The position numbers and the translations under genes are program-made. A DNA stretch of 64,000 nt from the human T2T-CHM13v2.0 reference genome, Homo sapiens, in NCBI GenBank assembly GCA_009914755.4, contig CP068257.2, positions 26,880,001 through 26,944,000 of the forward strand, in the 5' to 3' direction. Under the pieces are notes generated by a model. That model was not told the DNA's origin and ran no database searches. It saw only the letters and a list, made by a program, of their open reading frames with translations. Positions 11,571 through 27,974 of the stretch are shown piece after piece (within the stretch, counting starts at the first letter, position 1; each line of letters begins with the position of its first letter).

Positions 11571-13858
11571 CTACATTCAAATTGAACAGGAAAAATGGAT
11601 TGAACCTAAGTTGGGAGTTTGTGGGGAGTCTCCAACAGGGAACAGCAAAGAGCAAGACTGCTGGGGGCAAACTTGAAATAGTTCACGTGCAAGAACATAG
11701 GATGGGTATAAGATGAGTAATGAAGTCTGTGAGGTGAAGGAAGAGCTGATAGACTTATATATTTATCCCATTTGATGAGATAAACCATCTCTTAAGTGCA
11801 GAAATATTTGATGATGGTTTCCTTTCCTCATCCTCTTTAATTATGTCACTGGATGCTGCTCTTAATACAAGGAACTGTGAGTTTCTAGTAGAATCATTTT
11901 GTCTTGCAAGCTTCTGCTTGAAAAAAAAATTAAGAAGATAAATTTCAGCACCTTCCTTTCAAATAAGCAACTGCACAAACTGTAATAACCGTTACAGATG
12001 GTTGTTTTACCTTCAGCATCTGCATTTCAAAACCATGAGGAAAATAAAATTATAACTTCTAGCAATTTTTGATAGGAAATTCAGTATTTTATAGAAGCAA
12101 ATCAATTGACCAAATCAATTGACTACATTTTATACACATCATGCAAGGTCAATGTAGTAAGCAAGGTTTACACATCTCAATGCAATATGCATATGGAATA
12201 ACATATAATGGAAGAAAAGTATACAAGATCAGCATGAGAGCCTTAACAGGCTCAAGGCAGTCTGGATCTCTCAAACCTTCTAAGGCTGAGAGACTCAGCA
12301 GTGAAAAGGTAAATATAAGAGGGTTACTTTCCAACACAAAACTAAAAGACATCCTTTATTTTCCCCCTTTATTTAAAGTGAGAGTGTATTGTGAAAGGGA
12401 AATAGACTGGAGGAAGAAAGAATAAGTGCACAGGAATTCCCAAGGAAAACCACTGGGAAATTTTTGACCGGTACACTGAAAAGTCTATTGCTGAATTTCA
12501 CATCCTTCTCTTTCCCTCCCAACTCCAGAACTCTCCTCACTACACAAGTAGTGGACCCTTCCTAATGTCATAAGGCTGCACTAGGTTTTTCTCAACTCGA
12601 AACAGAGAGATTGAAAAATTGACAGAATAGGGATAATGAAAGAGAGACGTATAATAGATAGATAAAAATAACTACTTTTATGTTGTCTAGTTTGGTCTTC
12701 TTTGCTAAGGAGATTTTTTAAAAATAGACTTTATTTTTTGACATAAGTTTAACGTTCACAGAAAAGTTGGGAAGAAAGTATGGAGTTCCCGTATACCCTC
12801 TGCCCCACGTGCACAGCCTCCCCCACTGTCAGCATTCCACACCAGAGTGGTCCACTTGTCACATCATCATCACCACACTCCATAGTTTACATTAGGGCTC
12901 AGTCTTATTATAAATTCTACGGAGTTTCGCAAATGTATAACAAGATGTATCCACCATTATAGTAGCATATAGAACAGTTTCAATGCCCCTAAAAATCCTG
13001 CGTTCCACTTATTCATCCCTCCCTCTCCTATAACCCCTGGAAAATACTGATTTTTAAAAAAATTTTGTGGGTACATAGGTGTATATATTTATGGGAGACA
13101 TGAGATGTTTTGATACAGACATGCAATGTGAAATAAGCACATCATGGAGAATGGGGTATCCATGCCCTCAATCATTTATCCTTTGAGTTATAGATAATCC
13201 AATTACACTCTTTATTTTAAAATATACAGTTATTATTGACTATAGTCACCCTGTTGTGCTACCAAACAGTAGGTCTGATTCATTCATTCCGACTACTTTT
13301 TGTACCCATTAACCATCCTGACCACCCCTCACTCACCCTGCCATTATCCTTCCTTTTCCAAAATGTCATATAGTTGGAATCATACAGTATGTAACATTTT
13401 CATATAGATTTCTTTCATTTAATAATATGCACTTAAATTGTCTCCATTTCTTTTCATGGTTTGTTAGCTCATTTCTGTTTAACACTGAATAATATTCCAT
13501 TGTGGATATACCACAGTTTGTTTATTCATTCTCCTACTGAAGGACATCTCGGTTGCATTCAAGTTTTAGCAATTATGAATAAAGTTGCTATAACCATCTA
13601 TGTGCAGATTTTTGTGTAGAATAAGATTTTTACATATTTGAGTAAGTACCAGGGAGTGATTGCTGGATTTTAAGATTATGTTAAGTTTTATAAGAAACTG
13701 TTAAGCTGTTTTCCAAATGGCAATACCTTTTCACATCCCACAAGCAATAAATGAGGGTTCCTGTTGTTCCTCAACCTCACCAGCATTTTGTATTATCAGT
13801 GTTTTGGATTTTAGCCATTAGGGATGTCTCTTTTTTTTAATTTACGATTCTCTAATGA

Positions 13859-14101
<243 letters not shown>

Positions 14102-15868
14102 TGAGTTTGTTCTTTGTATATTTTGGATAATACTCCTTTATCAGCCATGTCTTTTGCAAATATTTCTATCTGTGGCTTGCCTCTTCATTCTCTTGACATT
14201 GTCTTTCACACAGAAGAAAATTTTGATTTTAATAAGCTCCAGCCAATCAGTTATTTTGTTCATGGATCTTGTCTTTGCTGTGTATCTAAAAAGTCATCAC
14301 CACACCCAAGGTCATTTGGATATTCTCTTATATTATCTTCCTGGACTTTTATAGTTTTTTGTTTTACATTTAGGTCTGTCACTCATTTTTTGTTAAGTTT
14401 CATAAACAGTGCAGGGTCTGTGCCTAGATTCCTCTTTTTGCATGTAGATGTCCAGCTGTTCCAGCACCATTTGCTGAAAAGACTATTTTGGTTTCATTGA
14501 TTCCCTTTGTTCCTTTGTCGAAGACCAGTTGGCTATATTTATGTAGGTCTGTTTCTAGGCTCTCTATTCCATTCTATTAATCTATTTGTCTATTCTTTTG
14601 CTAATATCACACTGTTTTTATTACTGTAGCTTTATAGTAAGTTTTGAAGTTAGGTAGTGTCAGTCTTCTGACTTTATTCTTCTCTTTCAATATTGTGTTT
14701 GCCATTCTGGGTCTTTTGCCTCTCTATATATACTTTAGAATAATTTTGTCAATATCTAAAAAGTAACTTGCTGAGGTTTTCAGTGGCACTGCATTGAATC
14801 TATAGATCAAGTTGGGAAGAACTTACATCTTGAAAATATTGAGTATTCCTATCCACAAACATGGGCTATCTCTTCATTTATCTAGTTTTTCTTTGATTTT
14901 TTAATCAGAGCTCTGTAGTTTTCCTCATATAGATCTTGAACATATTTTGTTAAATTTATACTTAAAGTATTTCACTTTGGAGTGGCTAATAATGTAAATT
15001 TTGTTGTGTTTGTAATTTAATATCCACTTGTTCATTGCTGGAATATTAAGAAAGTGATTGGATTTTATATGTTAATCTGTGTCCTGCAACCTTGCTATAT
15101 ATATTTATTAGATCCAGATTTATGTCAATTTTTTCAGATTGTCTACATAGACAATTATGTCATCTGAGAACAAAGACAGTTTTATTTCTTCCTTCCTTAT
15201 TTGTATACCTTTTATATCATTTTTTAATCTTACTATATAAGTTAGGACTTCCAGTTAAGAGATTGAAAGGGAACATCCTTCTTTTGTTCCTGTTCTTAGT
15301 GGGAAAGTTTCTGTTTTTTCACCATTAAGTAAAGGCTAGCTGTAGAGTTTTTGTAGATATTATTTATCAAGTTAAGGAAGTTCCTTTTTCTATTCCTAGT
15401 TTGATGATTTTATCATTAATTGCTTTTGTATTTTGTCAAATGCTTTTCCTGCATCTATTGCTATGATTATGTGATTTTGGTTCTTTAGTCTGTTGATGTA
15501 CTAGAATATGTTAATTGATTTTCTAAACAAGCCTTGCATAGCAAGCCTTGCATAACTAGTATAAATCCCACATGGTTTTAGTGAATAATTCTTTGCTGTA
15601 ATGTGTAACTGGATATAATTTGTCAAGGAATTTTGCATCTATGTTAATGAGAGATATTGGTCTGTAGGTTTTTCCTTTCAATACAATGTCTTTGTCTGGC
15701 TTTGGTATTAGAGTGAAGCTGGACTCACAGAATGAATTAGGAAGTCTTCCCTCTGCTTCAATCTTCTGAAAGGGGTTGTAAAGAACTGGTATAATTTCTT
15801 GCTGAAATGTTTAGTAGAATTCCCCAGTGAATCCATCTGGGCCTGATGCTTTCTGTTTTGGAAGTGTG

Positions 15869-16075
15869 TTAGTCTGTTTTGCATAAAGGAATACTTGAGG
15901 CTGGGTAATTTATAAAGAAAATAATTTTATTTGGTTCATGGTTCTGTAGGTTGTGCAAGAAGCATAGCACCAGCATTTGCTGCTGGTGGGGCTTCAGGGA
16001 GCTTCCACTCATGGTGGAAGGCACAGAGGAAGCACACATGTCACACTGCATGAGAGGGAGCAAGAGAGATGGCGT
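15869..16075 (-). repeat. MaLR (THE1/MST-like) LTR fragment in reverse orientation nested in the L1, followed by AT-rich low-complexity tract to ~16200
   Basis: gtctgttttgcataaaggaatacttgaggctgggtaatttataaag is the reverse complement of the THE1/MST LTR terminus ...ctttataaattacccagtctc... Confidence 0.5.
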
Positions 16076-17699
16076 GCTATACTATAGTGAATATGTATAG
16101 TAAATATGTATATTTACTAAATATATATGTTTAGTTCTATATATTTATACATATATTTATAAACATTATGTGGCATACCTTAAGTATACACAATAAAATT
16201 TATTTTTTAAAAAGATTATGTCTTTGCAGGAATTGGTCCATTTCATCTAGGTTATCAAATATGTATGGGCATAGAATTATCGCTGGTATTCTGTTTTCTT
16301 TTTTATGTCCATGGGATCTGTAATAATAATCCCTCTTTTCTAATATTAGTAATTTATGTTTTCTCTTATTTTTTTCTTAGCCTTGCTAGACATTCCTCAA
16401 TTTTATTGATTCTTTTTCAAAGAACCAGCTTTTAGTTTTCTTGATTTTTATTCATTGATTACCTGTTTTCAATTTTATTGATTTCTGCTCTAATTTTTAT
16501 TATTTTTGTATTTATTTTCTTCTGCTTACTTTGAATTTAATTTGCTCTTCTTTTTCTGTTCTGAAAGTGGAAGCTTAGATTATTGATCTTTGATCTTTCT
16601 TCTTTTCTAAAATATGTGTGCAATGCTATAAACTTCCCCATAATCACTGCTTTCACTGCATCTCACAAATTTTGATAAGCTGCATCTTCATTTTCATTTA
16701 GTTCAAGATATTTTAAAATTTCTCCTGAGACTTATTCTTTGATCCATGCATTATTTAGAAGTGTGTCGTTTAATTTCCAAGTATTTTGAGATTTTCCATA
16801 TATCTTTCTGTTATTAATTTCTAGATTAATTCCATTGTGTTCTGAGAGCATACATTGTATAATTTCTATTCCTTTAAATTTGTTGAAGTGTGGTTTATGG
16901 CTCAAACTGTGTTATATCTTTTGAATGTTCCATGTGAGCTTCAGAATAATGTGTATTCTGCAGTTGTTAGATAAAGTATTCTATAGATGTCATTTATAAC
17001 ATATCCAGTTGACTAGTGGTGGTGTTGAGTGCAAGTATGTCCTGATTATCTGTCACTGAGTCTGTTCATTTATGATAGAGGAGTATTGAAGTCTCCAACT
17101 ATATAGTGGATCCATCTATTTCTCATTTCAGTTCCATGTTTTTGTCTCAGATATTTTGACACTCTATTTTTAGGCATGTAAACATAAATAATTATTATGT
17201 CTTCTTGAAGAACTGACCCTCTTTATCCCTAATAAGTTTCCTTGCTTTGAAGTCAGCTCTGTCTTAGATTAACATAACTACTTTCTTTATTTTGACTAGG
17301 GGTATCTTTCTCCATCCCTTTACTTTTAGTCTGTATATTAAAGTCTGTATTAGTCTGCTCAGCCTGCCATAACAAAATACCACAGGCTGGAGTTAGGCAT
17401 TCTGCTTTCCCCAGGTCAATTAGGTGCTGATAAAACACCAATGTGTTGGGCCCTGGAAAATAATTTCTCTTGAGGCCAGGTAGGTCTTGCAAGAACAGAA
17501 TCGTTGACATAAGCAAGTTTAACTATGACTTGATTTTATTTGCATTATTAATTAATTTGTCTGTTAGGCTGAACGTCCAAAGAACATTTTTTCAAGTTCA
17601 CTATCTTTACTAGGCTTTATCATGATGTTGGTATACCTGGGTTGTTTGGTTTCTTCATCAATTTCCCATTGTTATATAACAAGTTGCCACAAATTTAGC

Positions 17700-18800
17700 A
17701 ACTCGAAACAAGACAAATTTATTATCTTATGTCAATGAAAAGAGTCAAACTCTGTAAAATATTTGAATAGATTTATTCTTAGCCAAATATGAGTGTCCAT
17801 GGCCCATGACACAGCCCTGAGGAGGTCCTGAGAACATGTGCCCAGGGTGGTCGGGGTGCAGCTTGGTTTTGTATATTTTAGGGAGGCATGAGACATCAAT
17901 TGAATACATTTAGGAAGGCATGAGACAAAATTGAATAAATACATTCGTTTGGTTCACAAAGTCAGGATAACTAAAGCAGAGGTTTCCAGGCTATAGGTAA
18001 ATTTAAACATTTTCTGGTTGACAAGTGGTTGAGTTTATCTCAAGACCTGGGATCAATGGAAAGGAACATCCAGGTTAAGATAAAGGATTGTGGAGACCAA
18101 GTTTTATTGTGCAGAGGAAGCTCTCAGCAGACTTCAGAGAGAGAACAGGTTGTAAATGTTTCTTATCAGACCTAAAAGGGTGCCTGGCTCTTAGCTGATT
18201 ATCTCCTGGATCTGCAAAGAATGGAAGGAAAACAAAAGGGGGAGGGGATTCTTTATAGAATGTGGATTTTTCCCACAAGAGACTTCTCAGGGCAATTTCA
18301 AGGTATGGCAAGGAAATATATTTTGGGGTTAAATACTTTTTCCTTGTTTCATAATGTTATGCCAGAGTCAGATTGAAAAGTAAGTCACGATATATAGGGT
18401 CAAATAAAACCCATCTAATGAGAACTGATGGTTTGTAGGGCATGAACTCCCTAGACCTCTTGGGTAAGAATTTGGCCAAGATAAAAAGTCAGAGCTTAAT
18501 CCTCACTACAGTATCTACGGGTCAGAAGTCTTGGCAGAAGTTAGCTGGATCCTGTGCTTATTAGGGTCTCACTAGGTTGAAATCAAGGAGTCAGAGGGGG
18601 CTACCATCTTTTCTGAGACTACTGGTCATCTTCCACATTCATGGGTTGTTGGCAGAATTCGATTGCTTACCTCTGTAGGACTAACACCTAGCTTTCTTGC
18701 TGGCTCTCTGCTGGAGGCCACTGTCAGCTCAGTTTTGAGAGACCACTAAGCCATTTCAGGCCAACAGAATAGCCTTGTTTTAAAAGACATTATAACTATG
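17700..18800 (+). repeat. Unclassified LTR-like interspersed repeat block (MLT1-like 3' portion at ~18560-18800)
   Basis: tgaaatcaaggagtcagagggggctaccatcttttctgagactactggtcatcttccacattcatggg resembles the MLT1 tgaaatcaaggtgtcagcagggctg... region; remainder not assignable by eye. Confidence 0.25.
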
Positions 18801-21025
18801 TGTCTTTCCTGAAAATATTGGTAGAGGTCATTCTTTTCATGCATTACTTGTTGAGTTATAAATTTAGTCTCTGCTTAATTTTTATAAAGGATTTTTAACA
18901 GCATTTTAAGAAAATATAGTATAAAAAATAGGATGAGAAAATTGAGGCAAGGAGAAAATAAGTACAGGTGAAATAATGCCCAAGGTGAACGTTATATCCC
19001 AAACTGCATAATATAAAATTCTACTATATAGCTGTCCTACATTTACAATCTAAGCATGCTATTAATAGTTAACAAAGCAGAGAAGGAAACTGACATTCCT
19101 TCAGAAAAGCTTTTTTCAAGCACAGAAACCTAATCGAAATTTCTTCCATGAATCCTCATGAAAAGGGCACCAAGTGGTAGAGTGAGCAACATTGCAACTG
19201 GCCTCCCTAAATAAATCCAAAGGCATAGTTCCAACACATAAACTCTATAAAAATATTTAATAATTGTATAAGAAAACAAAAATGTGGTTTAATTTGGCAT
19301 GATCTAGGCATGGAATTTAAAATACATTAAAAAACGCATAGACTACAAATTCTTTAGTAAGTTATCCATGAATAGCATTACTCAAACTGAGTTTTTGATA
19401 AAAATTACATGGCAAAGCATTTTAAGTTACATTCTCTGGCTAAAACCTGAAGGTTATACATGGCATGTAGGGAATAGCTAGAGGATTATCATGCTTTGAC
19501 AATCAAATAGGCCTGCAGGGATACTGACATCCCCTTATTAAAATGAGGAGCCTAACTAAGACTTGGGCTTGGATAGACTTTCATCCAATGACTGTATGGA
19601 GTTGATTCAAGGTAGTGACTTTGGGCAGAGCCAACATTTTACTCACTCCTGGGGCTGATGCAAATATGGGCAAATCAGTAAATGAAGGTCTAAATTCTCC
19701 ATGAAAGACTATGGCTGCAAGAATTTTCATATAGAAAATGTTATGAACAGGTGTTACAAATAACCAGAGCACCCATTTATAATGTTGGTGAAGTATCCAT
19801 AGAACAGTGACTATAAAATCCTGAAATTAAACTATGTTTGTCTTCTGATGATTCTTTACAGTAAATCAGAAAAGCATTGGTATAGATTTTTCTCCAGCCT
19901 ACTTAGAAGCCAAGGAATAGAAAAATTTGTTTAGTTACATTGGTCCAGAGTTTGAGATTGTCAAGGTGTCATGACAAATCTACCATAAATTTCATAAAAC
20001 CACCAAAAGGTATTAGATCTGGAGAACACAGCAGAGTTAAGAACTTGACAATTATGGTGAGGGTTGAAGGACAGGCAAAAAGGGAGCAAGATAATTTGAG
20101 TGATAAAAATAAAGGGTCCTTTTGTTAAAGTAGGAAATTTCTGGCTTTCAGTTTCCTAAGAGAATCAGATCCGGTGGTGAGAAATTTCAAGGTATAATCA
20201 CACACATGAATGGCTAATGTGAAATTAAGGAAAGTTTATAGAGTAGAAAAGCTTAGGAATGGTGAGTCTAGAGTTGCTGAGGACTCAATGTCCAACAGCC
20301 AAAATATACTCACCTACTTCAAAAGAACTATACTCTGAGCTTCAATTATTTGCTAGTTGTTATTTCCTATTTACTTATGTAAGTTACTTAGTTAAACTGG
20401 TTTGAAAACAATAGCCAGCAAATAAAGTGCAAATTGTTTCATAACTAATACACTTTGTCAAGCTAATTGAACTCTACGTGCTAAGGACTTTGGCATCAAC
20501 AATGATGACTAATAGCTGAAAAGGGAGATGAAGAAAAGTTAATGTGAGGGAAAATGAAAACTTGGATTTATAGTGTAGTCCAATTGACTAAAGTTTCAAA
20601 ATAATATTGACATACTGATAGTAAATGGAAAAAACGAATGGTGGAGAAAGCAGTCACGATTTCACAGAAAACCACTTCCAATAGAAATACCATTTTAGAT
20701 TGCTCATCTTCTAAATGAATGTTTAAAATGCAATTTTTAAGAGAAAGTTTTATTTCCATTGTGGTTACTAATGCATCTGAGTCACTTGTATATTCTTCTC
20801 CAGTGTGATGTAAAAAAGGCCAATGAAGAAATAAATCACTTTGATAAATACCTATGTTTAACAGAACATCTTAGGAAGGTCATCCTTAAAGACCACGTGT
20901 TAAGTTGGCTGAGTATCAATACAATGAGTATGCATTGATTCACAAGGAACTCATGTCCCTAGGGCTCCAGTTTCTAAGAGTGGTCCACAGTGGTAGCTTC
21001 AAGCTGAACTCTGAACGTGAAATGA

Positions 21026-21347
<322 letters not shown>

Positions 21348-21469
21348 TGAACTCTTTTTCTATTCTCGAAATTGTGAGATCCTCTGACAAATTCTGCTAA
21401 CAGTTCCAAGGTTTAAAACTGGGGAAGTTAGAGACATGTTATTATTATTTTTTTTAATTTCAACTTTTA

Positions 21470-21700
21470 TTGTAGACACAGGGAGTACATGTGCAGGTTT
21501 GTTACATGGGTATATTGCACCCAGGTATTGAGCATAGTACTCAATGGGTAGTTTTTCAACCCACATCTCCCTTGCTCCCTCCCCTGTCTAGTGGTCCACA
21601 GTGCCTAATGTTCCCATGTGTATGTCCATGTATGCTCAATACCATAATCCTAAGTGAATTAATGCAGGAACAAAGACATGTTTTTGTTTTTGTTTGAATG
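21470..21700 (+). repeat. L1 3'-terminal fragment (L1P-like)
   Basis: gggagtacatgtgcaggtttgttacatgggtatattgcacccaggtattgagcatagtactcaatgggtagtttttcaacccacatctccc ~ L1P 3' region gggtacatgtgcacaatgtgcaggtttgttacatatgtatacatgtgccatg... Confidence 0.45.
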
Positions 21701-21799
21701 CTACATCTGGGGCTGGCTAGGATTGAGAAGACACTATGTCTTGCTGATATGTCAGTCGCAACTTCAGCCTCTTTTGTGTGTGTGTGTGTAAAAAAGAAA

Positions 21800-22085
21800 T
21801 CTTTTTTATTTATTTATTTTCAAATTATAAATTCGTAGGGTACATATGCAGGCTTGTTACATGGGTGTATTGCATAATGCTGGGTTTAGGCTTCTAGAGA
21901 ACCCATCACCCAAATAGTGAACATAGTATCCAATAGGTAGTTTTTCAATTCTTGTCCCCCTTTCCACCCTCCCCACTTTTGGATTTCTCAGATCTATTTT
22001 TTCCATCTTTATAGCCACCAACATGAGTCTTTTGATGAAATAATGTTTGGCTGAGGTCCACAACTTAAAACAACATTCCAATATA
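21800..22085 (+). repeat. Second L1 3'-terminal fragment (L1P-like)
   Basis: gggtacatatgcaggcttgttacatgggtgtattgcataatgctggg...cccaaatagtgaacatagtatccaataggtagtttttcaattc. Confidence 0.45.
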
Positions 22086-22309
22086 GATTCTCATGATCCC
22101 TGAAGAAGTGTGTCTGATGTGGCTAAACATCATCAAATGAGTAAGTCAACATAGTAAAAGAAAAGAACAGTTCTTTATCAGATTAAATGAGCGAAACAGC
22201 TAAATGTCAAGTGACAAAACATTGGGACTGACTGTATAAAATGCTAATAACATCTACCAAACAGTTTACATTGTGCTAAACAACTTATGCACATTATTTC
22301 TTTGATTCT

Positions 22310-22760
22310 TTTTAACACATGGTTGTGGGCTGAATGGTGTCTCCCAAGAAGTCATATGCCGGGATCCTGTCCCATAGTGCCTCACAACGTGACATTGTTT
22401 GGAGTTAGGGTTGTTGAAGATGTCATTAGTCAAGATGAGGTCATACTTGAGTGAGGTGGGTTTCTAATCCAATGTGACTGGTGTCTGTGAAAAGGGGAAA
22501 TGTGGACACAGGTCCACATATAAGGAGAACACCATGTGAAGATGAAGGTAGAAATTACAGTGATGTGTCTACAAGCCAAGGAACACCAAAGATTGACAGA
22601 AAATCACCAGAAGCCTAGAGAGGCATGAAACATTCTCCCTCAGAGCCTTCAGAAGAAAGCAATCCTGCTGGCACCTTCATCTTGGACTTTGAGCCTCTAG
22701 AACTGTGAGGCAATACATTTCTGTTGTTTAAGCCACCCAGTTTGTGGCATTTTGTTACAG
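22310..22760 (+). repeat. MaLR-type LTR (MLT1/MST-like)
   Basis: ...cctctagaactgtgaggcaatacatttctgttgtttaagccacccagtttgtggcattttgttacagcagcactggaatcctaatgg: hallmark MaLR LTR terminus. Confidence 0.5.
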
Positions 22761-23337
22761 CAGCACTGGAATCCTAATGGATGCTGTATTAGATAAATAT
22801 TTTAGGCTTAGGTAGGTATTTTTTGATCACTTCTATGCAATGGCTTGACTATTGTTCTATTTGTCCCTAAATCTGGTTCTTCAGCCTCCCCAATGATTCT
22901 GTGAGCTAGTGATCATCCTTTAACAGCCTTTTTATGATTAAGTCACCCAGGATAGTCTCTGCTGCTTACATCTTCACAGGAAGAAGAGAACTGTAGACAT
23001 GCAGCAGCCATCTTGTGGATATGAGGGAAGAGCCAAATAGACTACAAATCGGTTAAAACAGAGAACTAAAATTGTGGAGCTACTGAATGAACCAGCTATG
23101 GAATTGTCTGTGTGTGGGCATTCAGATGGACATACCGGATAAAATTCTGGACTGGTAAGAGTGTGGGGAAATTGCCAGTCTTAAGCAGTGCTGATGGAGG
23201 TGTGAATTGGTAAAACAATTTGAAAAGTAAGTTGCTAGTTTTTATAAAATTTTTAAAAATAAATGTATTCTCTGACCCAGTATTATCTTTTCTGGGAATC
23301 TATTTTACACATTAAAAAAGCACTAGATTGTCATATA

Positions 23338-23420
23338 CTATATATATATATATATATGTCATATATAGTTATACATATAAGCCATATATATTTATACACA
23401 TAATTATATATCTATTAAAA
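23338..23420. repeat. TA-rich simple repeat / low complexity
   Basis: ctatatatatatatatatatgtcatatatagttatacatataagccatatatatttatacacataattatatatc. Confidence 0.6.
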
Positions 23421-24021
23421 TACCTGAAGGAATGGTCAATATAAAGAGTATCATCCAATTTTTAAAGAAGACAGGGATAAAAACCCCTCTGTGCTTTTTG
23501 GGGGGATCTATTTGTATGGAGCAGATAAACACATGGAAAGATAAGTATCAAACTGTTGCCATTGGTTACTTCAAGGGAGTGAGTTTATAACAAGAAAGTG
23601 GAAGCAGATAACATTAAAGTTTTCCTTATATGACTCAGTATTATTTGACTCATTTCAATAAGCATGCATTATTTTTTACATAAAACACATCCGGAGTGGA
23701 AAAGCTTTTTCCAAACACTGTCATTATGTCATGCTAATAAGTGAGTTTTGGGAAGCAGCATAGTCCAGTGGTTGTGAACACAAGATTGGAGTAACTTCTG
23801 GATTTAAATACTGGCCTTTTACTAACTGTAGAGTTTGAGCAGAATACTTTCTCTTTAAGTATAGCTGTCCTCATTTACAAATGGAGATGGTGATATCTGT
23901 TAGTCCCCTGCCTTCTACTGCCTGCTGTAGGACAATTTCCCATTCCTTTCAGCAACCCTTCAGTGAAGAGAGGGGCCACAAAGGCAAAGGAATCTTAGCT
24001 AATAGGCACTATAGCAATTTT

Positions 24022-24375
24022 CTAAATACTTTATTTTTTTTAGAGCAATTTTAGGTTCACAGAAAAACTAAGAGTCAGGTGCAGAGATTTCCCATATGCT
24101 TCCTGCCCCACATGCATAGTCTCCTGCATTATCAACATCTCCCACCAGAGTGGTACCTTTGCTACAATTGATAAACCTATATCAACACATCACAATCATC
24201 CAAAGTCCATAGTTAATATTAGGGTTTACTATTGGTGTTGTGCACTCTATGAATCTGGGCAAATGTATAGAGACATGTATCTATTACCATAGTACCACAC
24301 AAAAGCATTTCCACTGCTTTAAAAACTCTGTGTCTGCCTATTAACCCTCCCAAACCATCATAGTAACCTATTTCA
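24022..24375 (-). repeat. Short 5'-truncated L1M/L1PB-type 3'UTR fragment, reverse orientation
   Basis: ttttttttagagcaattttaggttcacagaaaaactaagagtcaggtgcagagatttcccatatgcttcctgccccacatgcatag... is homologous to 12730-13060 and to the L1M 3'UTR antisense consensus tagagcagttttaggttcacagcaaaattgagagg... Confidence 0.55.
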
Positions 24376-24801
24376 TGAGAGACCTACAGCTTATTACCTT
24401 GCTGTGTGGAATGAAAACTCTCTGACAAAGAATAGGAATTATCTTCTCTTACTTGGCCTTGGAATAAGTACAGAGAAGTTAGCAAATGCAGATGCTTGAA
24501 ATCTGAGCTTGCTGTTACCCTGAAAACAAAGCACACAAGACTGCCATTCTTTGTGCTAGCAATTTTCTTCATTTGCTGTATATCCACAAGGAATGGAGAA
24601 GTGTCTTTCTTTTTGCCTCTGTCTGAAGAAATATACACCATACCTTATTTATTCAAGTATTTGATTTAATTCATAGGTATAACCTCATAAAGAAAGTTTT
24701 TAATCCACCCTACCTAAGCCTAAAATATTTATCCAATACAGCGTCCATTAGGATTCTAGTGCATAGGATTGCATAGAAGTGATCAAAAAATACATGTTTG
24801 A

Positions 24802-25101
<300 letters not shown>

Positions 25102-25245
25102 TGTTTATTTTTTCAATTTTTAATACATTAATTTAATGAAAAAATAAACAAGACCATTCCAAAATCATGGAAAATAAAAATGCACACTACTACCAATTCT
25201 GCACCAAAAAATTAAACTTGCAGTAACTGCCAACTGCCTCTAGAT

Positions 25246-25628
<383 letters not shown>

Positions 25629-27360
25629 TAATAACCTCGTAGATAGGGGTGCTAAGAGAATCTTTTGTTCTAATGTTTGGTCTCTGAGCCCAGTTTTGGC
25701 ACAGAGCTTCTAAGACCTTTATAATTTCCTGAGTGCTAAGAGTGTCTGACAAAGAACTTCTAAATCCCTTGGAATTTCCTAGGCAACAGAAGCATCTTCT
25801 GTTCTAATGAAGTGACTCTTGGTGTGTACCCGGATAACCTCATGACTGGAGTTGGTTGGCTGCTAGAAGAACAAATCATGTGATTAGAGTGTTGGAACTT
25901 TCAACCTTAGCCCTCAACTTCTGGGGAGGGGAGAAGCGCAAAAGGTAGAGTTGACCACTAATGGCCAGTGATTTAACTAATCATGCCTATGTAATGAAGC
26001 ATCCATAAAAAACTAAAGATCACGGTGCAGAGAGCTTCTAGATTGCTGAATAAGTGGTAGTTCCTGGAGGATGATGCACCCAGAGAGGCATGGAAGCTCT
26101 GTACCTCTTTCCACATGTCTTTGCCTATGCATTTCTTCCATCTGGCGGATCATCTGTTTGCTTTGTAGTATTTTGTATTTAAAAAATGGATAAATGTAAA
26201 TAAAATGTTTCCCTGAGTTATGTGAGCCACTATAGCAAATTAATTGAACCAAGGAGATCATGGAAACCCCAATTTATAGCTGGTTGTTCAGAAGCACAGG
26301 CCAAAGCCTGGAGCATGTGATTGGCATCTGAAGTTGGGGGGAGTCTTGAGGAATGGAGCCCTCGACCTATGAAATCGGACACTAACTCCAAGTAGATAGT
26401 TGGGTGAATTAGAAGACACCCAGCTGGTGTCCACTAGAGAATTGTCTGGTGTTTGGGAAAAACTCACACCCAGTTTGGTGACCAGAGTTGAAGTGTAGTG
26501 TTGAGAATAGAGAGTAAGAAAAAAGTCTGCTTTTCCATCAAAGGTACCACGTCTGTTTCTCATACTACTTGAAGGAGTCTAAATCATACTATATGGGAAA
26601 CCGTAAAATGTAGCATCTAAAAGTTTACAACTTTTGGTAGGAGGCAGTCTGTGCCTCCCACCAAAACTCATAAGGTATGAATTCATCAAACTATACAGAG
26701 AGTTTTGGTGCTAGGTGGCAGAAAAGAATAATCGATGTGTGCAGTGTATCTTCTTTTTGAGTTTAGCCATTCTACTGGGTGAAAACTGATTTCCCATTCT
26801 TTCTCTTATAACATTTTCCTAATACTATGTTTAAGATATGTTTTATTTCATTTTCCTAATTTGTACTTTTATCTTTTTCAATTATTAATATAGTTTTGTG
26901 CTCTTAAATTTTTAATGCAATTTATATTTTGGTAGTATCTAAAGTATCAATCATTTTATTATTCATTCACCTTAAAATGTGGCTATGGTTTGGACATTTG
27001 GATTAAGTGATGACATTGTAATTCAGCCAGAACTGGCAGTAATCATCAGTGTTTGGCATGTTTTGAGAACAAAAGTCCCAGTTCCTGGAAGGGTGGCCCT
27101 TTATGTGAACACAGAGTGCACACTCTGTATGGTGTAATCCAAGACAGTTGAACGGTCTGCCTGCCAAAAATATGCCTTCCACCAGGTTTTTATAAAGACT
27201 AGTATTACCAGCTTGAAGGCCATTTTCTGATTTAGGGCATTAAAACCTAAGGACCATGTTAAAAGACTGAAATTAACATTCACTGACTTGTTCATTCATT
27301 AAACTTTTTTAAGTTTTTTAATTGACAAATAATTATATACATCTATAGGGTACAATGTGA

Positions 27361-27745
<385 letters not shown>

Positions 27746-27974
27746 GATGTATGTGTGTATTATAGAATGATTAAATCAAGCTACTTAACATATCCATAAC
27801 CTCACTTACTTATGTTGTTTACATGTGCTATGAACATTTAAAATCCACTCTCATAGCAATTTTGAAATATACATTACATTATTATTAACTATTGTCACCA
27901 TGCTGTGCAATCGATTTTAAAAACTTATTCCTCCTATTTAACCAAAACTTTGTAAATATTTAATGAGTGCCTCC

